46,234 bases of DNA, taken from the IMG/VR virus record IMGVR_UViG_3300026529_000001. One strand, given 5' to 3'. Every line of letters begins with the position of its first letter. The first letter of the stretch is position 1. Both the position numbers and the translations under genes were made by a program. The DNA comes from a virus. Below, in pieces: positions 23,267 to 31,466 of the stretch. Below the pieces are notes generated by a model. The model saw only the letters and a program-made list of their open reading frames with translations. It was not told the DNA's origin and did no database searches.

Positions 23267-24592
23267 CTAGGTGAGGACCCCAGCAATCACCAACCGCCCG
23301 GTCGGGTCCTGGGTGGCGGTCACGGTCCCGGTCCAGAGTTTCGTGCTGGGAGGGGGTGGCGGAGGGGGAGGAGCCGATCCTGTCGGCAGCTCGGCGAGGA
23401 AGACGTCCGATCTTGGGGAGCCGTCCATGTCGGAGGTGAACAGCACGTATCGCCCGTCCGGGGAGAACTTGGCAAACGAGAGAAACGTGTAATTGTTGGT
23501 CGTGTTATAGGCGTGACCTAAGAGACGTCTCCGGCCGTTCGGAGTGACCAAGACCATCCCGCCCGGACTCAACCAATAGGCTTCGGGGGGCCGGAGGGAC
23601 CCGTAGTGGTTCAGGAGCGCCCATTGATCGCCGAGGTTGGCCGGGTGCTGAATCCAGTTACCGCACCCGTGAACGAGGGTGGCGTTTCCCGGTCCTGGGA
23701 AATGAGTCACATTGGGCACGGTCGGGTCCCACACGGTCCAGTCAGGCGGGTAGCTCATGTTCCAATCCACCCCCACCCAGCGTCTCCGGAGACTCGCGAT
23801 GTGGGCGAAGGGGACGGTCCCGTCCGTTGACCAGGTGATCGTATTCTGGAGCCAATCCCACAGTACAATGCCGTTCTGCGGGGTGGTCATCGAGATGCCG
23901 ATGTAGCGCCCCGCCCGATCGATGCGCGGTTCGTTCAGGTTCGCGTTCGTGTACGTCTTCGCTGTTCCCGTGCTCGGCTCGTACCCCACAATCGTCGGTC
24001 CGGTCCCTCCACGCATCCAGACGAAGAAGCTGTCCGCTTCGGCCTGATGCAGCCACGTCGGCCAATTGGTCGCGTCCATATGGGGGAACCCTCCCCCCGG
24101 GACTTCGAGCCCAGTTGACCAATCGAACCGTCGGATCGCTCCATCCCCTGCTCCAATGTAGGCGTAATTCGGAGTCGCTGGATTGTTCGAGAAGGCGAAC
24201 CCGAGGTCCGCAACGGGCTGGAGGGGACCGGTGAGAACCCGGGGATTGCCAACCGCTCCTGTCGCCGGGTCGAAATCGATCAGCGTGTGCCACCCGTCCC
24301 CTTGATAGAGATGGATCGCTCGTTTGCCGTTGTAGGGGAGGGAGACTTCATCGCCTCCTTCGGCGTACGCGTGCCCCCAGCTCAGCCCTGGAGATCCGGC
24401 CCCCGGAGGGAACGCCTGGGAGGTCAGTTTGTGGATCTTCACTCCGGTCGTCGGATCGAGGTAGAACCCCCCATGAGGTAGGGATGGCACATTGAGCGCG
24501 GCATACGCGGCGGTCAGGGGGATCTGTGCTGTGGTAGCGACCGGCAAGAGCGTCGGGTCGGGCTGAGGGAGTGGGGCAGCGGCAAGGCTCAT
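23267..24592 (-). CDS. Beta-propeller protein (TolB/oligogalacturonate-lyase-like) with poly-Pro linker and small C-terminal domain
   Basis: ATG at 24592 overlaps the upstream TGA. ...FAKFSPDGRYVLFTSDMDGSPRSDVFLAEL... is a typical propeller-blade motif, followed by PPPPPPPP and a 30-aa tail. Confidence 0.5.
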   Translation of the reverse strand: MSLAAAPLPQPDPTLLPVATTAQIPLTAAYAALNVPSLPHGGFYLDPTTGVKIHKLTSQAFPPGAGSPGLSWGHAYAEGGDEVSLPYNGKRAIHLYQGDGWHTLIDFDPATGAVGNPRVLTGPLQPVADLGFAFSNNPATPNYAYIGAGDGAIRRFDWSTGLEVPGGGFPHMDATNWPTWLHQAEADSFFVWMRGGTGPTIVGYEPSTGTAKTYTNANLNEPRIDRAGRYIGISMTTPQNGIVLWDWLQNTITWSTDGTVPFAHIASLRRRWVGVDWNMSYPPDWTVWDPTVPNVTHFPGPGNATLVHGCGNWIQHPANLGDQWALLNHYGSLRPPEAYWLSPGGMVLVTPNGRRRLLGHAYNTTNNYTFLSFAKFSPDGRYVLFTSDMDGSPRSDVFLAELPTGSAPPPPPPPPSTKLWTGTVTATQDPTGRLVIAGVLT

Positions 24593-24762
24593 GAGCGGTC
24601 CCCCGTTTCGTGGGGTGTCGGATGGGACAAGGGAGGGTGAGTAGGGATCTCCTGTTGGATTGCAGGCCTCGGTGGGGTCGAGATGTGGATGATATCGATG
24701 TTTTTCCCAATGGCCGCGGCACCAAACAACAGGATGAACAACGCGATCGCGATGGCTTCCAT
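24589..24762 (-). CDS. Small N-terminally anchored Pro-rich membrane protein (spanin-like position)
   Basis: 57 aa. MEAIAIALFILLFGAAAIGK then a Pro-rich tail. TAATG coupling to the endolysin stop and ATGA coupling to the next gene. Below the ORF-track cutoff. Confidence 0.5.
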   Translation of the reverse strand: MEAIAIALFILLFGAAAIGKNIDIIHISTPPRPAIQQEIPTHPPLSHPTPHETGDRS

Positions 24763-25196
24763 TAGGCGTCCTTTTGGAGAAAGAGTTGGCGTTCCGCTTC
24801 ACGACGTCGGACGAGTCCAGGAAGCACTTCTCCCCCCGCATGGACCCACAACGGGAACTGGTTCGCGGCTTCGGCGAAGTTGCCGGCGTTCAACAAGCGA
24901 AGCATGGTTGACTGAGAGAACGCCCCGGTGCCCACGTTATACGCAAACGAAACTAACGCATCAAACTGGGATTGGGACAACGGCACATGCACCCACGCCT
25001 CGACAGCGCCGGAGAAATTCTTCACGTCCTGCTTGAGGAGATCCTCGGCCTCAGCCAACGTGACCGTCTGTCCCTCCATCACACCGGACGTGTGGCCGAA
25101 GCCTATCGTCCAAATCCCAACAGGATCCCGGTAGGCAGAAAGTTCACAGCCTTCGAATGACTGGATCAGTTTGTAGCAGGTGTCGCTCGGGGTCAT
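24762..25196 (-). CDS. Endolysin, GH24 (T4/P22-type) lysozyme
   Basis: LIQSFEGCELSAYRDPVGIWTIGFGHT...FDALVSFAYNVG matches the E-D-T catalytic region. ATG at 25196 overlaps the upstream TGA. Confidence 0.85.
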   Translation of the reverse strand: MTPSDTCYKLIQSFEGCELSAYRDPVGIWTIGFGHTSGVMEGQTVTLAEAEDLLKQDVKNFSGAVEAWVHVPLSQSQFDALVSFAYNVGTGAFSQSTMLRLLNAGNFAEAANQFPLWVHAGGEVLPGLVRRREAERQLFLQKDA

Positions 25197-25483
25197 TTGT
25201 GGAACATATAGAGTTGGATGTTCGTCGCGACCATTCCTGTAATCAACGCCACCAATATGACCCACATCAACCGGTTCACGGCTTTGATTCGTTCTTCACT
25301 GAGCGCCACCCTAGTCGGTAGATTATTTTCCCTCGTCTGCTGATCGAAGACGCCCTTTTCTTTCCCCGTCGTCGCGATGGCGTTTTCCACGAGGGCCATC
25401 CGTACCTCAAGGTTGCTGACTCGCGAGGCAACCGCGTCGGATTCTCGGGATTGTGGGTGCTCGTCGCTGGGCCAGGGCATCAC
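25193..25483 (-). CDS. C-terminally anchored coiled-coil membrane protein (lysis-cassette accessory)
   Basis: 96 aa. Helical N-terminal part and C-terminal TM (LMWVILVALITGMVATNIQLYMF). Lies between holin and endolysin. Confidence 0.5.
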   Translation of the reverse strand: MMPWPSDEHPQSRESDAVASRVSNLEVRMALVENAIATTGKEKGVFDQQTRENNLPTRVALSEERIKAVNRLMWVILVALITGMVATNIQLYMFHK

Positions 25484-25501
25484 GTCTCATGAAACATCCC
25501 G

Positions 25502-25780
25502 TTATGCCTTTTTCGGCTGACTCGGTGCCACCGCCAAATCGTGGACGACCATGGACAAGAACCACGCGACGAGCGCGCCCAACGCGGCGTTCCCTTGAGC
25601 GCCGAGCGCGGGAATCGGTGGGAGATTGATCCATCCCACGAGCGACACCCCACTTGCGACGAGGAGGGCGAGGAGTTGCTTCACTTGAGGAGGGAGGGCC
25701 TTCCCCAACCACGCGGCCCCTCCCTGAGCCAGTTCGGTCAATGCGGTCGTGATGAGTCCTGCGAGTGCGACGGAATCCAT
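25502..25780 (-). CDS. Putative holin
   Basis: 92 aa with 2-3 hydrophobic spans and a charged C-terminus (SQPKKA). Strong SD (GGAGAGGTGA). Immediately upstream of the endolysin. Confidence 0.6.
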   Translation of the reverse strand: MDSVALAGLITTALTELAQGGAAWLGKALPPQVKQLLALLVASGVSLVGWINLPPIPALGAQGNAALGALVAWFLSMVVHDLAVAPSQPKKA

Positions 25781-25853
25781 GCGATCACCTCTCCATTAGG
25801 TCGTGACGATCAGCGGCCGCTCTCTGTCGGTCACACCACCTGCGGCCTCGCAC

Positions 25854-25982
25854 CTAGTGTGATTTCCCTTCTGAACACATCACCACCCCGCTGCACGTAT
25901 TCCCGATCGCTGGAGGGGCGAACACATACCCCACCAGCAGCAGCGCCGTAGTGAATACCATGAATGTCCGCACCACCATCAT
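25854..25982 (-). CDS. 42-aa hydrophobic Cys-containing peptide
   Basis: MMVVRTFMVFTTALLLVGYVFAPPAIGNTCSGVVMCSEGKSH. AGGGAGGG SD lies between the peptidase stop (25990) and ATG 25982. Below the ORF-track cutoff. Confidence 0.45.
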   Translation of the reverse strand: MMVVRTFMVFTTALLLVGYVFAPPAIGNTCSGVVMCSEGKSH

Positions 25983-25989
25983 CCCTCCC

Positions 25990-26433
25990 TTAATCGATTG
26001 GAGTCTCTTGATCTAAGAAAATATGCAACCACCAATGCGTTCCATACAATGTGCTGTACCAATCGCGGGAAAAATCTTCAGCGGAATACCATAAATTCCC
26101 ACCCGTCCACGGATCCCAGATGATGAGCCCGCCATTCCATGTTTCCGCAACCCCATAATGCCCGTTTGATTCGCGTTGAAAATTCACGACCGCAGGAAGA
26201 TGTTTTCGGAGTTTGGCAAGGGAACTATTTTCTTGAAACACGAATTTGATGTTTAGTTCGCCGAGGACACGATACATATCTTCGTGACTCACACCCTTTA
26301 TTGCCCCTATAGTCTTATCTGGGTTCGGATCCAGCATCATGTCCAAACGTTCGCCAGAGATTCGAATATTAAGTCGCTCCAAAATATGTCGAAGTGCAAA
26401 CGCCCCGCAGTTCCAGTCTTCAGTTTGTCTCAC
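25990..26433 (-). CDS. Papain-like cysteine peptidase (C39-like)
   Basis: QTEDWNCGAFALRHIL (Gln/Cys), GHYGV (His) and IIWDPWTG (Asp) fit the C39 catalytic pattern. GTG start overlaps the GNAT TGA (GTGA). Low G+C. Confidence 0.65.
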   Translation of the reverse strand: MRQTEDWNCGAFALRHILERLNIRISGERLDMMLDPNPDKTIGAIKGVSHEDMYRVLGELNIKFVFQENSSLAKLRKHLPAVVNFQRESNGHYGVAETWNGGLIIWDPWTGGNLWYSAEDFSRDWYSTLYGTHWWLHIFLDQETPID

Positions 26434-26918
26434 AGGTTGATACGGTACATGAAATAGGTGTTTCCAGACCCGAACCAATTAGGATACTCACCGATAACTT
26501 CAGCACCGAATGATTGATTAAGTTGAATGCTTCCGTTTTCATTCGAATGCCCGATTACGGTCGCAAATCCAAGCCCGGAAACAACTCCAAGTATGTGTGC
26601 TTTCAGGATCTTGGCGTACCCCTGTCGTTGGTAGGGTTTCAAAATCCCTGTCGTATAAACATAGAATGTTTTGTCGGCGTCCCAACGGGAATCAATCCTA
26701 AGGTCAGCATCGGTCACTCCAGGCACAGGTTCATCAACATCTCGTACCTTATGTCCATAAGTCTCCCCCGCAAGGATCCCATCGACGAACATCCATCGCG
26801 CTATCGCGGTTTTGAGGACTTCGCGTTTATCCTCAAGATCAAGTGCAAGAACATCCGGGAAATACTCTTCAAATAACATCGTATCTTTGACCGCGACGTC
26901 GCGTTTAAAAATAATCAT
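26430..26918 (-). CDS. GNAT family N-acetyltransferase
   Basis: YVYTTGILKPYQRQGYAKILKAHIL is a motif A (Q/RxxGxA) pattern, with a downstream ...NENGSIQLNQSFGAEV. ATG at 26918 overlaps the ATP-grasp TGA. Low G+C. Confidence 0.65.
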   Translation of the reverse strand: MIIFKRDVAVKDTMLFEEYFPDVLALDLEDKREVLKTAIARWMFVDGILAGETYGHKVRDVDEPVPGVTDADLRIDSRWDADKTFYVYTTGILKPYQRQGYAKILKAHILGVVSGLGFATVIGHSNENGSIQLNQSFGAEVIGEYPNWFGSGNTYFMYRINL

Positions 26919-28471
26919 CTCGGCACCTCGTATCCCCACGCCTGTAACTTCGCCGTATCCCTCGTCGCTCGATCACTCCCGTCAGTTACCCGCGCAAACT
27001 TATCGGAGACCTCAATCTCATCATACAGGCTATTTACCATGTCCCGGGCCTCCTCAATCTTTCGCGCTTGTCCGGTGATCTCCATGACGTGCCCGGACAC
27101 CCCGGCCGTCCGGTAGTCGTCGTCCTCCTTCTGAGCGTCCAATAACCACACATGGGGGCTATCGACCGGGCCGCTAATCCTGACATGGGTCGCGTCCTCC
27201 ATCATCGTCTCGAACGCCTGTTGATCGGCCGGGGAATCGGTCATGCCGTCGGTAAAGGGGTTCGGAGGAATACTCACCCGTAGAGCGTACCCGTACCCGG
27301 GCTTGAGCGCCATGCTCGGGGCCTTTCCTTCGCAGAGATCAAGAATCGCTGACCGTGGGTCATCGGCAAACAACTCGCTGAGTGCGTAGATCGCGCTGTA
27401 CCCGATCCGCGGAGTGAATTCTAGGCCAGCTGGCTTGTGGGTTTCTTCGTCGATGATGCAGTTCAGGTCGATTGGCCCACTATACGGGGGATACGTCTGT
27501 CCCCCAGGTCCGGTCGGACCTTTGAGCCATTCCTTGAACTCGTCGCGCCCAAGGGTTTGCTGAAGGATCTTCGTGTGCAACCCCCCATACCCCCACACGG
27601 TCGATGTTTGGCACCCGGTGTTCGGGCCTTGGTCCCCGGCGAACGCTTTCTTCGTCTCGATCGTTCCCGAATAGGGGGGGACGATTTCCCCGTTCACCAC
27701 CCACACTTCGGTTGAGACCTCGATCCCCTTCACGTACTCTTGGAGGAGGAACTTCATGTCCTCTTTGAGATCCCCCATCTCGCCCGCGTGTTCGAGGGTA
27801 TGCACCATGTCATCGGGACCCTTGGCGACGTAACTCAGCGCCGCTGACCCGTTGAACGGTTTCAGCACCCACCTGCCCCCGACAGATTTCACGAACTCCT
27901 GGGCTTCGGGGATGTGCCCCTGGACGCGGAAGATCTTCTTCTTCGCCCCGAGCTCGACCGACTTCCACGGGGTCCCGCCGGACGGATCGAAAAACACCGT
28001 CTTCGGGATGGGAATGCCGCACCGCACCATCACCGACAGTCCGTACGCGCGGTTTTGTTCGAGGAGGTCGTTTACTTTCCCACCGGCCCACACGGGGATG
28101 TGCTTTGCGCGGAGGGCGTCCGCAAGTTCTCCGAGCTTGAGACGGTCGTCTCCGGTGTGGTCGAAGATCACCGCCTGGGGTTTGAGGTTCAACCCTTCCC
28201 GGATCGAATCCACCTGATCGACCATCCCCTTGTAGAGTCCCTGCTTCCGATACCAGGGGTCAGGGAGCCACACTGTAGCACCGATCCGCGCCGCGAGGGG
28301 GAGGAGTTCCCCGAACCGACTGATGAGCAGGATCTTGCCCGAGCGATGAGCGGTCGGTCGTGCGGCTCCTCCCCCACCACCTGGCGAGGGAGCGGGCGGT
28401 TGCTGGGTGACGGTAGAATCAGAACGAGGGACGGGCCCGGACGGATTACTGATGTTGCTGATGACGACCAT
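26915..28471 (-). CDS. ATP-grasp ligase, PurD (glycinamide ribonucleotide synthetase)-like
   Basis: 518 aa. RWVLKPFNGSAA...LLQEYVKGIEVSTEVWV...AGDQGPNTGCQ...PIDLNCII...LEFTPRIG follows the PurD-type ATP-grasp layout. It has a low-complexity 40-aa N-terminus. Confidence 0.65.
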   Translation of the reverse strand: MVVISNISNPSGPVPRSDSTVTQQPPAPSPGGGGGAARPTAHRSGKILLISRFGELLPLAARIGATVWLPDPWYRKQGLYKGMVDQVDSIREGLNLKPQAVIFDHTGDDRLKLGELADALRAKHIPVWAGGKVNDLLEQNRAYGLSVMVRCGIPIPKTVFFDPSGGTPWKSVELGAKKKIFRVQGHIPEAQEFVKSVGGRWVLKPFNGSAALSYVAKGPDDMVHTLEHAGEMGDLKEDMKFLLQEYVKGIEVSTEVWVVNGEIVPPYSGTIETKKAFAGDQGPNTGCQTSTVWGYGGLHTKILQQTLGRDEFKEWLKGPTGPGGQTYPPYSGPIDLNCIIDEETHKPAGLEFTPRIGYSAIYALSELFADDPRSAILDLCEGKAPSMALKPGYGYALRVSIPPNPFTDGMTDSPADQQAFETMMEDATHVRISGPVDSPHVWLLDAQKEDDDYRTAGVSGHVMEITGQARKIEEARDMVNSLYDEIEVSDKFARVTDGSDRATRDTAKLQAWGYEVPR

Positions 28472-30475
28472 TCAATTCACCCGGAATTTAAGCTTTCCAC
28501 GTAACGTAAGTTCGAGTCGTGGTCCGATGTGCAACACCAGGAAGTCGTCGTCCTTGGCTCCTCCGGGTTGCGGGACCCACTGTTGCGATTCATCACCGGC
28601 TCGGAGGATGCCCACATAGGCCGGCACCCCGAGCGGTTGGTTGGCTGGGAACGGGAGGGCGAAGTACGGGTAGAGGTCATCGATGAGCAGTACCGGCGGA
28701 ATCTCGTCGGTATCGGTGAACGCCTGCTGTGGTGGCTGATAGACGAACGGTCTGAGGTTGAGCTGATAAAGGATCGGGCCGAGCGATTGATCCTCATCGG
28801 AAATGGCCGGGATCGATAGGATTTGTTCATCAGCATCAGGGCGATACAGCGGACCTGGGAGATTGTCGTCGAGAACGAAGTAGACGAGGAAGTCTTCCTG
28901 AAGTTGAGCGAAGATGTCCTCGGTCCACCCACCGAACCACGGAGGCCGAACCGCAATGACGTTGGCATCGGCCTGGACGGGAGCGACCCAGTTCTGCCAG
29001 AAAGCATCTTCGTCGGGGACTGCAACCGGAGGAGCCGATTCATCGGATGCCCATGGTGAGACGACCAGTCGAACGAGAACGGTCGAGCCGAATGTCGGAC
29101 CGAGGTCTTCGTCAACACCGAGCGGAGTGACAGGAGCAATAACGAGATCATCGATCGCCGGGAGCCAGACAAGATTCCGGGCCGCAATGGCCGGGACCCA
29201 GTTCTGCCAGTAGTCCTCATCCACGCCCAGGGCTGGGGCAGGATAGTCACCAGATGCGGCTTCGCTGAGCGGGAGCTGGACAAGGTTCTGGGCTGGGACC
29301 GCAGCAACCCAGTTCTGCCAGGTCTCCGATTCATCGGCAACGGGTTGTGGGGCGGACTCATCCGAGGCCCATGGTGAGACGATGAGTCGGACAACCACCG
29401 TCGAGACGAAGGTCGGGCCGAGATCATCATCGATACCGAGCGTTGGTTGCTGAGTAAGATCGTCGGTTGCCCATCCCAGTTGCACGGACGGGGCAGAAGC
29501 GATCGGAACAGGGACCGACCATACGCTGTCCTCATCACCAACGACCGCAGCAGCACCCGGAGCGAATTCATCGCGTTCGAGGGTTGGTTGTGGGATCGCC
29601 GCTGATGTGAGGAGCGGACCGACCCACAGAGTGTCGTCATCGGCGATCGGTTGAAGGGCGGATTCATCAGACGCCCATGGTGAAAGAACAAGCCGTATCT
29701 GAACCAGCGACCCTGAAACCGCCCATACCACATCGTCATCGAAGGCTGGCTGCGGAGACGGTTCATCGGTCGGCCACGGGAGCCAAACCTGGTTCTGAGC
29801 TGGGACCGCTGGGACCCAATTCTGCCACGTCTCGGACTCATCGGCAACAGGCTGAGGAGCCGATTCATCTGAGGCCCATGGGCTGATAACCCATCGAGTC
29901 TGAACAGTCGATGTGAACGCGAACGATGGGATATCATCATCAACGGTCGCAACGGTCGCCTTGAGGACGTCCGCATCCGGCAGATAGATCGGGAGGAAGA
30001 CCTGCGAGCGCGGAGCGACCCAGTTGATCCAGACGCCGTCCTCATCGGTCGTCGTGTAGAGACGCGGGACATCCTCAGCGTCACGATCAGGAGCATACAG
30101 CGGCCCCAGGAGTTGAGGAACCGGTGCGACCCAACTGAACCACCATTCGTCCTCGGTCGGGAGATAGAGGCGCGGGACGTCATGGGTGGCATCGGGAAGG
30201 TAGAGCGGGCCGAACGTCTGCGGGACCGGTCGGACCCAGGATTGCCATCCCCGTTCACTGTCGTCATCGTTGAGGTGAAGTTTTGGAACATCATCCTGAC
30301 CAGCATCCGGCAGATAGAGGCGGCCGAACGTTTGCGGAACCGGCGGATCGTACGGGACCGGTGGAGCGAACGGACCCAGCGGGACAAGATAATCAATGAA
30401 GAGATCCTGAACCGTCTCAGGATCACGCCACGGATACGGGACCGCCAGTAGCCAGGTGAGCAGGACACGGGGCAC
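28472..30475 (-). CDS. Acidic Trp-rich tandem-repeat protein (virion/fibre-associated?)
   Basis: 667 aa with 7 or more copies of a (D/E)n-W-x-(N/S)-W-V-x-(P/A)-V-P-(Q/A) unit and four near-identical SPWASDESAPQP blocks. GTG start. Lies between fibre-like genes and the ATP-grasp gene. Confidence 0.6.
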   Translation of the reverse strand: MPRVLLTWLLAVPYPWRDPETVQDLFIDYLVPLGPFAPPVPYDPPVPQTFGRLYLPDAGQDDVPKLHLNDDDSERGWQSWVRPVPQTFGPLYLPDATHDVPRLYLPTEDEWWFSWVAPVPQLLGPLYAPDRDAEDVPRLYTTTDEDGVWINWVAPRSQVFLPIYLPDADVLKATVATVDDDIPSFAFTSTVQTRWVISPWASDESAPQPVADESETWQNWVPAVPAQNQVWLPWPTDEPSPQPAFDDDVVWAVSGSLVQIRLVLSPWASDESALQPIADDDTLWVGPLLTSAAIPQPTLERDEFAPGAAAVVGDEDSVWSVPVPIASAPSVQLGWATDDLTQQPTLGIDDDLGPTFVSTVVVRLIVSPWASDESAPQPVADESETWQNWVAAVPAQNLVQLPLSEAASGDYPAPALGVDEDYWQNWVPAIAARNLVWLPAIDDLVIAPVTPLGVDEDLGPTFGSTVLVRLVVSPWASDESAPPVAVPDEDAFWQNWVAPVQADANVIAVRPPWFGGWTEDIFAQLQEDFLVYFVLDDNLPGPLYRPDADEQILSIPAISDEDQSLGPILYQLNLRPFVYQPPQQAFTDTDEIPPVLLIDDLYPYFALPFPANQPLGVPAYVGILRAGDESQQWVPQPGGAKDDDFLVLHIGPRLELTLRGKLKFRVN

Positions 30476-30478
30476 ATT

Positions 30479-31078
30479 TTATCCCGAGGCGTAGAAGGTC
30501 AGTTGCGGCGTCATGGTCGGGAGGACAAGATCCTCTTCGTCCGGGATCGCAAACATGAACGGCGACCCGATCAGTTGGTCGTCAATAATCCCGGTGTTCT
30601 GCGCGGAGGCTGCGCTGTTGGTGAACCCGTACAGGATCCAGACCTTGTCGTTCGCACTCGGGGTCTGCGCGGATCCTGTCACGGTCGTCGTCTTGACCCC
30701 CGTCGATCCGAGCGAGATCCCGAGCCCGGAGGCCGACCCGATCGTGGCTTGGCTCACGCATCCCGAACTCACGCGGCAGATGTCCACGTTGGTCCACGTC
30801 ACATTTGCGTTCGCGGTATTGATGTTGAGCCGGATCGTCCACGTCCCGCCGAGCCAGTTCTCCCCGTTCGTGATCGGGATCTCGAACGCCCACCCGATGA
30901 CGGTCGTCTGACTCGCCGCCAACCCGAGGGTGAAGTTGCCCGATCCGGCCGTCCCGCCGAAAATCGCCTGCAGGTTCGCATGGAGCGATCCGGTCCCGCT
31001 CAGAAGGGCTAGGCTGGAGCAGAACGCGGCAAACGCACACGCCGTATTCCCATCGGTTTGCTGATAATTGACCGGCAT
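30479..31078 (-). CDS. Hypothetical beta-rich virion protein
   Basis: 199-aa T/S/G/A-rich ORF in the fibre region. Confidence 0.55.
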   Translation of the reverse strand: MPVNYQQTDGNTACAFAAFCSSLALLSGTGSLHANLQAIFGGTAGSGNFTLGLAASQTTVIGWAFEIPITNGENWLGGTWTIRLNINTANANVTWTNVDICRVSSGCVSQATIGSASGLGISLGSTGVKTTTVTGSAQTPSANDKVWILYGFTNSAASAQNTGIIDDQLIGSPFMFAIPDEEDLVLPTMTPQLTFYASG

Positions 31079-31081
31079 AAA

Positions 31082-31462
31082 CTATCCCTGGCGCGGGTTC
31101 GGCGGCACGGCTTGGTTGAGCACCGTTGAGTATTGGGCGTCCGTCATCACGGCCCCCGTCTTCGGGACCGTGCCGAAGTACGCGAACGTGGGGCGGTCGA
31201 GGGTCGTGAGACCGCGCCCGGAATAGACCTGCTGATAGGGGTGCACCCCGTCATAGGTCCCGGTGAACCGCACCATCAGCACGACCATCCCGGTCGCGGG
31301 CAATGACACATCCCAGGTGTGCGTGTCGCTATCGAACTCCGAGATGACATTCCCCGTCGCATCGACGACATAGGCGTGCCACCCAGAGATGTATTGGGGG
31401 GTTGTTTCCAGCGAGAACACCGTTGTGCCCGCCGGCGGGGTCTGGTTCCCGATCGTCGCCAC
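31082..31462 (-). CDS. Hypothetical virion protein
   Basis: 126-aa ORF with GTG start. Confidence 0.5.
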   Translation of the reverse strand: MATIGNQTPPAGTTVFSLETTPQYISGWHAYVVDATGNVISEFDSDTHTWDVSLPATGMVVLMVRFTGTYDGVHPYQQVYSGRGLTTLDRPTFAYFGTVPKTGAVMTDAQYSTVLNQAVPPNPRQG

Positions 31463-31466
31463 TAGG

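Noticed and set aside
23254-23272. ACCTAG-ggcgtt-CTAGGT hairpin between the convergent genes as a bidirectional terminator
   Set aside because: The stem is only 6 bp, has low G+C and has no flanking U tract. It contains both stop codons, so the palindrome may be incidental.
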